From Gammaproteobacteria bacterium (GTDB lineage Bacteria > Pseudomonadota > Gammaproteobacteria > Eutrophobiales > Eutrophobiaceae), in NCBI GenBank assembly GCA_965215365.1, contig CBDCDS010000003.1, positions 1,248,001 to 1,312,000 of the forward strand: a DNA stretch of 64,000 nucleotides. The letters are read 5' to 3'. The notes beneath the pieces are model-generated. The model was given only the letters and a program-made list of their open reading frames with translations. It was not told where the DNA came from and searched no databases. A program made the position numbers and the translations under genes. Below are positions 62,573-64,000 of the stretch, one piece after another (the stretch's first letter is position 1; every line of letters starts with the position of its first letter).

Positions 62573-64000
62573 TCAATTACCGAACTCAACTCGCCAGACA
62601 GCACTGGCCACCTTGGCCAGCTGCTGTTGACGCGCGTCTATTTTTTGCTCATCCCAGGTATCGTAGTGCTCGGCTACCGCGCGTGTGAGTTGCAGGTCGC
62701 TATTACGATAGTCCTCCCGTTTGGCCTCGTAGCCGGCGTTGCCAATGTCGCGGTTGCGATGAGCTTCGAGGAGCGTCATATTGCCGAGGCGGTAGCGCAG
62801 TCGTTCCTGTCTGGTTTCATCAATATGGCTCCAATCTTCTCCCGCCCGTTCCGGCAAAATGTGTTCCAGACTGTAAGTGGCGCTCTCGACATCGAATGAC
62901 CGTTCGGATCGCTGCCGCTCGATTTCGAACAAAATGTAGCGTACCACTTTTTTGTTACGTGAGTTGGTAGTGCGCATTTCCTTCTCTGAAAAAGCGGCTT
63001 TGAATTGCCGGTCATCAGGGTAAACCACTCCCAAGGCTGAGAGCACCTCGTTGGGATGAGCATAAGCACCCTCAGATACCTGCCGGGCAATCCGGTTGTA
63101 CAGGCATTCCTGCTCATGGGTTTGCAGGTTGCAAATCACGTTATAGCGAAAGGAGATAACCGCCACGGCTCGCACAATGCGCGCGAAACCAGTGCGGTCG
63201 GTATTAAAAAATCGGTGATGACACGCCACCAACATTGCCAGAGGTTGGCGTACATTGAACATTAATAACTGCTTTAAGGCTGCGCGTTCAGGACCATGCC
63301 AGGACGCATCCCCAGGATCGCGTAGAGCCGCGTAAACGTCGGCAGAGTTATCAAGGTCGCGCAGCAATGCAAATGCCTGCTCTCGGTTACCAACATACCG
63401 ACGGATGGTCTTGAACAGTTCCGCCTTACGTACCAGACGGTTGCGGCTGTTCCAGAACACGCGCAGAAACTCGGGAAAACTCGCGCTGCCCAACAACCCG
63501 ACTATGTGCTCCCAGCGTTCTTCCAAAACTTTTAATTCAAGCTCGTGGACCTCCGCCGCGCTGAGCAGAGAGAACAGGTAATTCTTGAGCAGATCGGTAG
63601 CAGAGAGACGCACACCACGGGCATTGAGCGTTGCAAATACCTTAAAGGCATTCAGTTCGTCTGTTACGGTAATAACCGTAAAAAAAAGCCTGTCTATGAG
63701 ACTGTCAATCAGGGCGACAAACTGCCGGCCACCGTCGGGTTTTACCTCGAACCGGGCTTGTATATGCTCTTTGAACCAGATAAAGCCGCCGCGTAACCGC
63801 TGTTCGGAATCGTTCAATCCACGCTGTGGCAACGGCTCCAGTGGCACCAGATAGTTTTGGTAGAAGCGGTTGTTGTGACGATTGAGTGACAGTTTTGATT
63901 TTGGCACCAGGGTTACCGGGTCCACATGGCCGATATAGCTGCCTTGTAACTGCTCTTTGCGGCGACGGTTGTTTTCCGCATCAAGCCCCGCCGCCACCAG
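62573..64000 (-). CDS. DUF262-DUF1524 (GmrSD-like) nuclease, 5' part outside the window
   Basis: FxTLNARG..L..DLLKN (end of DUF262) and LEHILP...LGNMTLL..RN HNH-type motif. Confidence 0.85.
   Translation of the reverse strand: MVAAGLDAENNRRRKEQLQGSYIGHVDPVTLVPKSKLSLNRHNNRFYQNYLVPLEPLPQRGLNDSEQRLRGGFIWFKEHIQARFEVKPDGGRQFVALIDSLIDRLFFTVITVTDELNAFKVFATLNARGVRLSATDLLKNYLFSLLSAAEVHELELKVLEERWEHIVGLLGSASFPEFLRVFWNSRNRLVRKAELFKTIRRYVGNREQAFALLRDLDNSADVYAALRDPGDASWHGPERAALKQLLMFNVRQPLAMLVACHHRFFNTDRTGFARIVRAVAVISFRYNVICNLQTHEQECLYNRIARQVSEGAYAHPNEVLSALGVVYPDDRQFKAAFSEKEMRTTNSRNKKVVRYILFEIERQRSERSFDVESATYSLEHILPERAGEDWSHIDETRQERLRYRLGNMTLLEAHRNRDIGNAGYEAKREDYRNSDLQLTRAVAEHYDTWDEQKIDARQQQLAKVASAVWRVEFGN

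Overview
Window from a roughly 60% GC proteobacterial chromosome, probably gammaproteobacterial. The many Calx-beta proteins, toxin-antitoxin (TA) modules and restriction-modification (R-M) genes suggest a host-associated organism such as a sponge symbiont; this is inference only. 0.4-19.8 kb is a methylotrophy island: lanthanide-type methanol dehydrogenase xoxF, a blue-copper protein, xoxJ, fhcBADC, ferredoxin and ferredoxin-NADP reductase, mptG, mch, orf7, fae, orf17, orf9, pabB and orf21. 20-26.5 kb holds class Ia nrdAB with NrdR boxes and lpdA. 26.5-33.7 kb is a defence block: AAA-DUF4143 ATPase, radC, type III mod and res, and vapC. Its Res subunit ends in a VapB-antitoxin-like tail and is translationally coupled to the PIN toxin, the strongest candidate for an undescribed system (an R-M enzyme guarded by a toxin). 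Next come a TonB receptor, metZ whose SAM-II riboswitch leader is split by a 243-bp MITE, panE, an M24 hydrolase, hicBA, recQ, rplM-rpsI and a mazEF-like pair. Two tandem serralysin/RTX/Calx-beta proteins carrying an unnamed ~70-aa repeat flank an orphan methyltransferase. The window ends with coq7, degQ, a HAD hydrolase, fumarase and a partial GmrSD-like gene. Several short dispersed repeat families are present. No CRISPR, tRNA or rRNA was seen.
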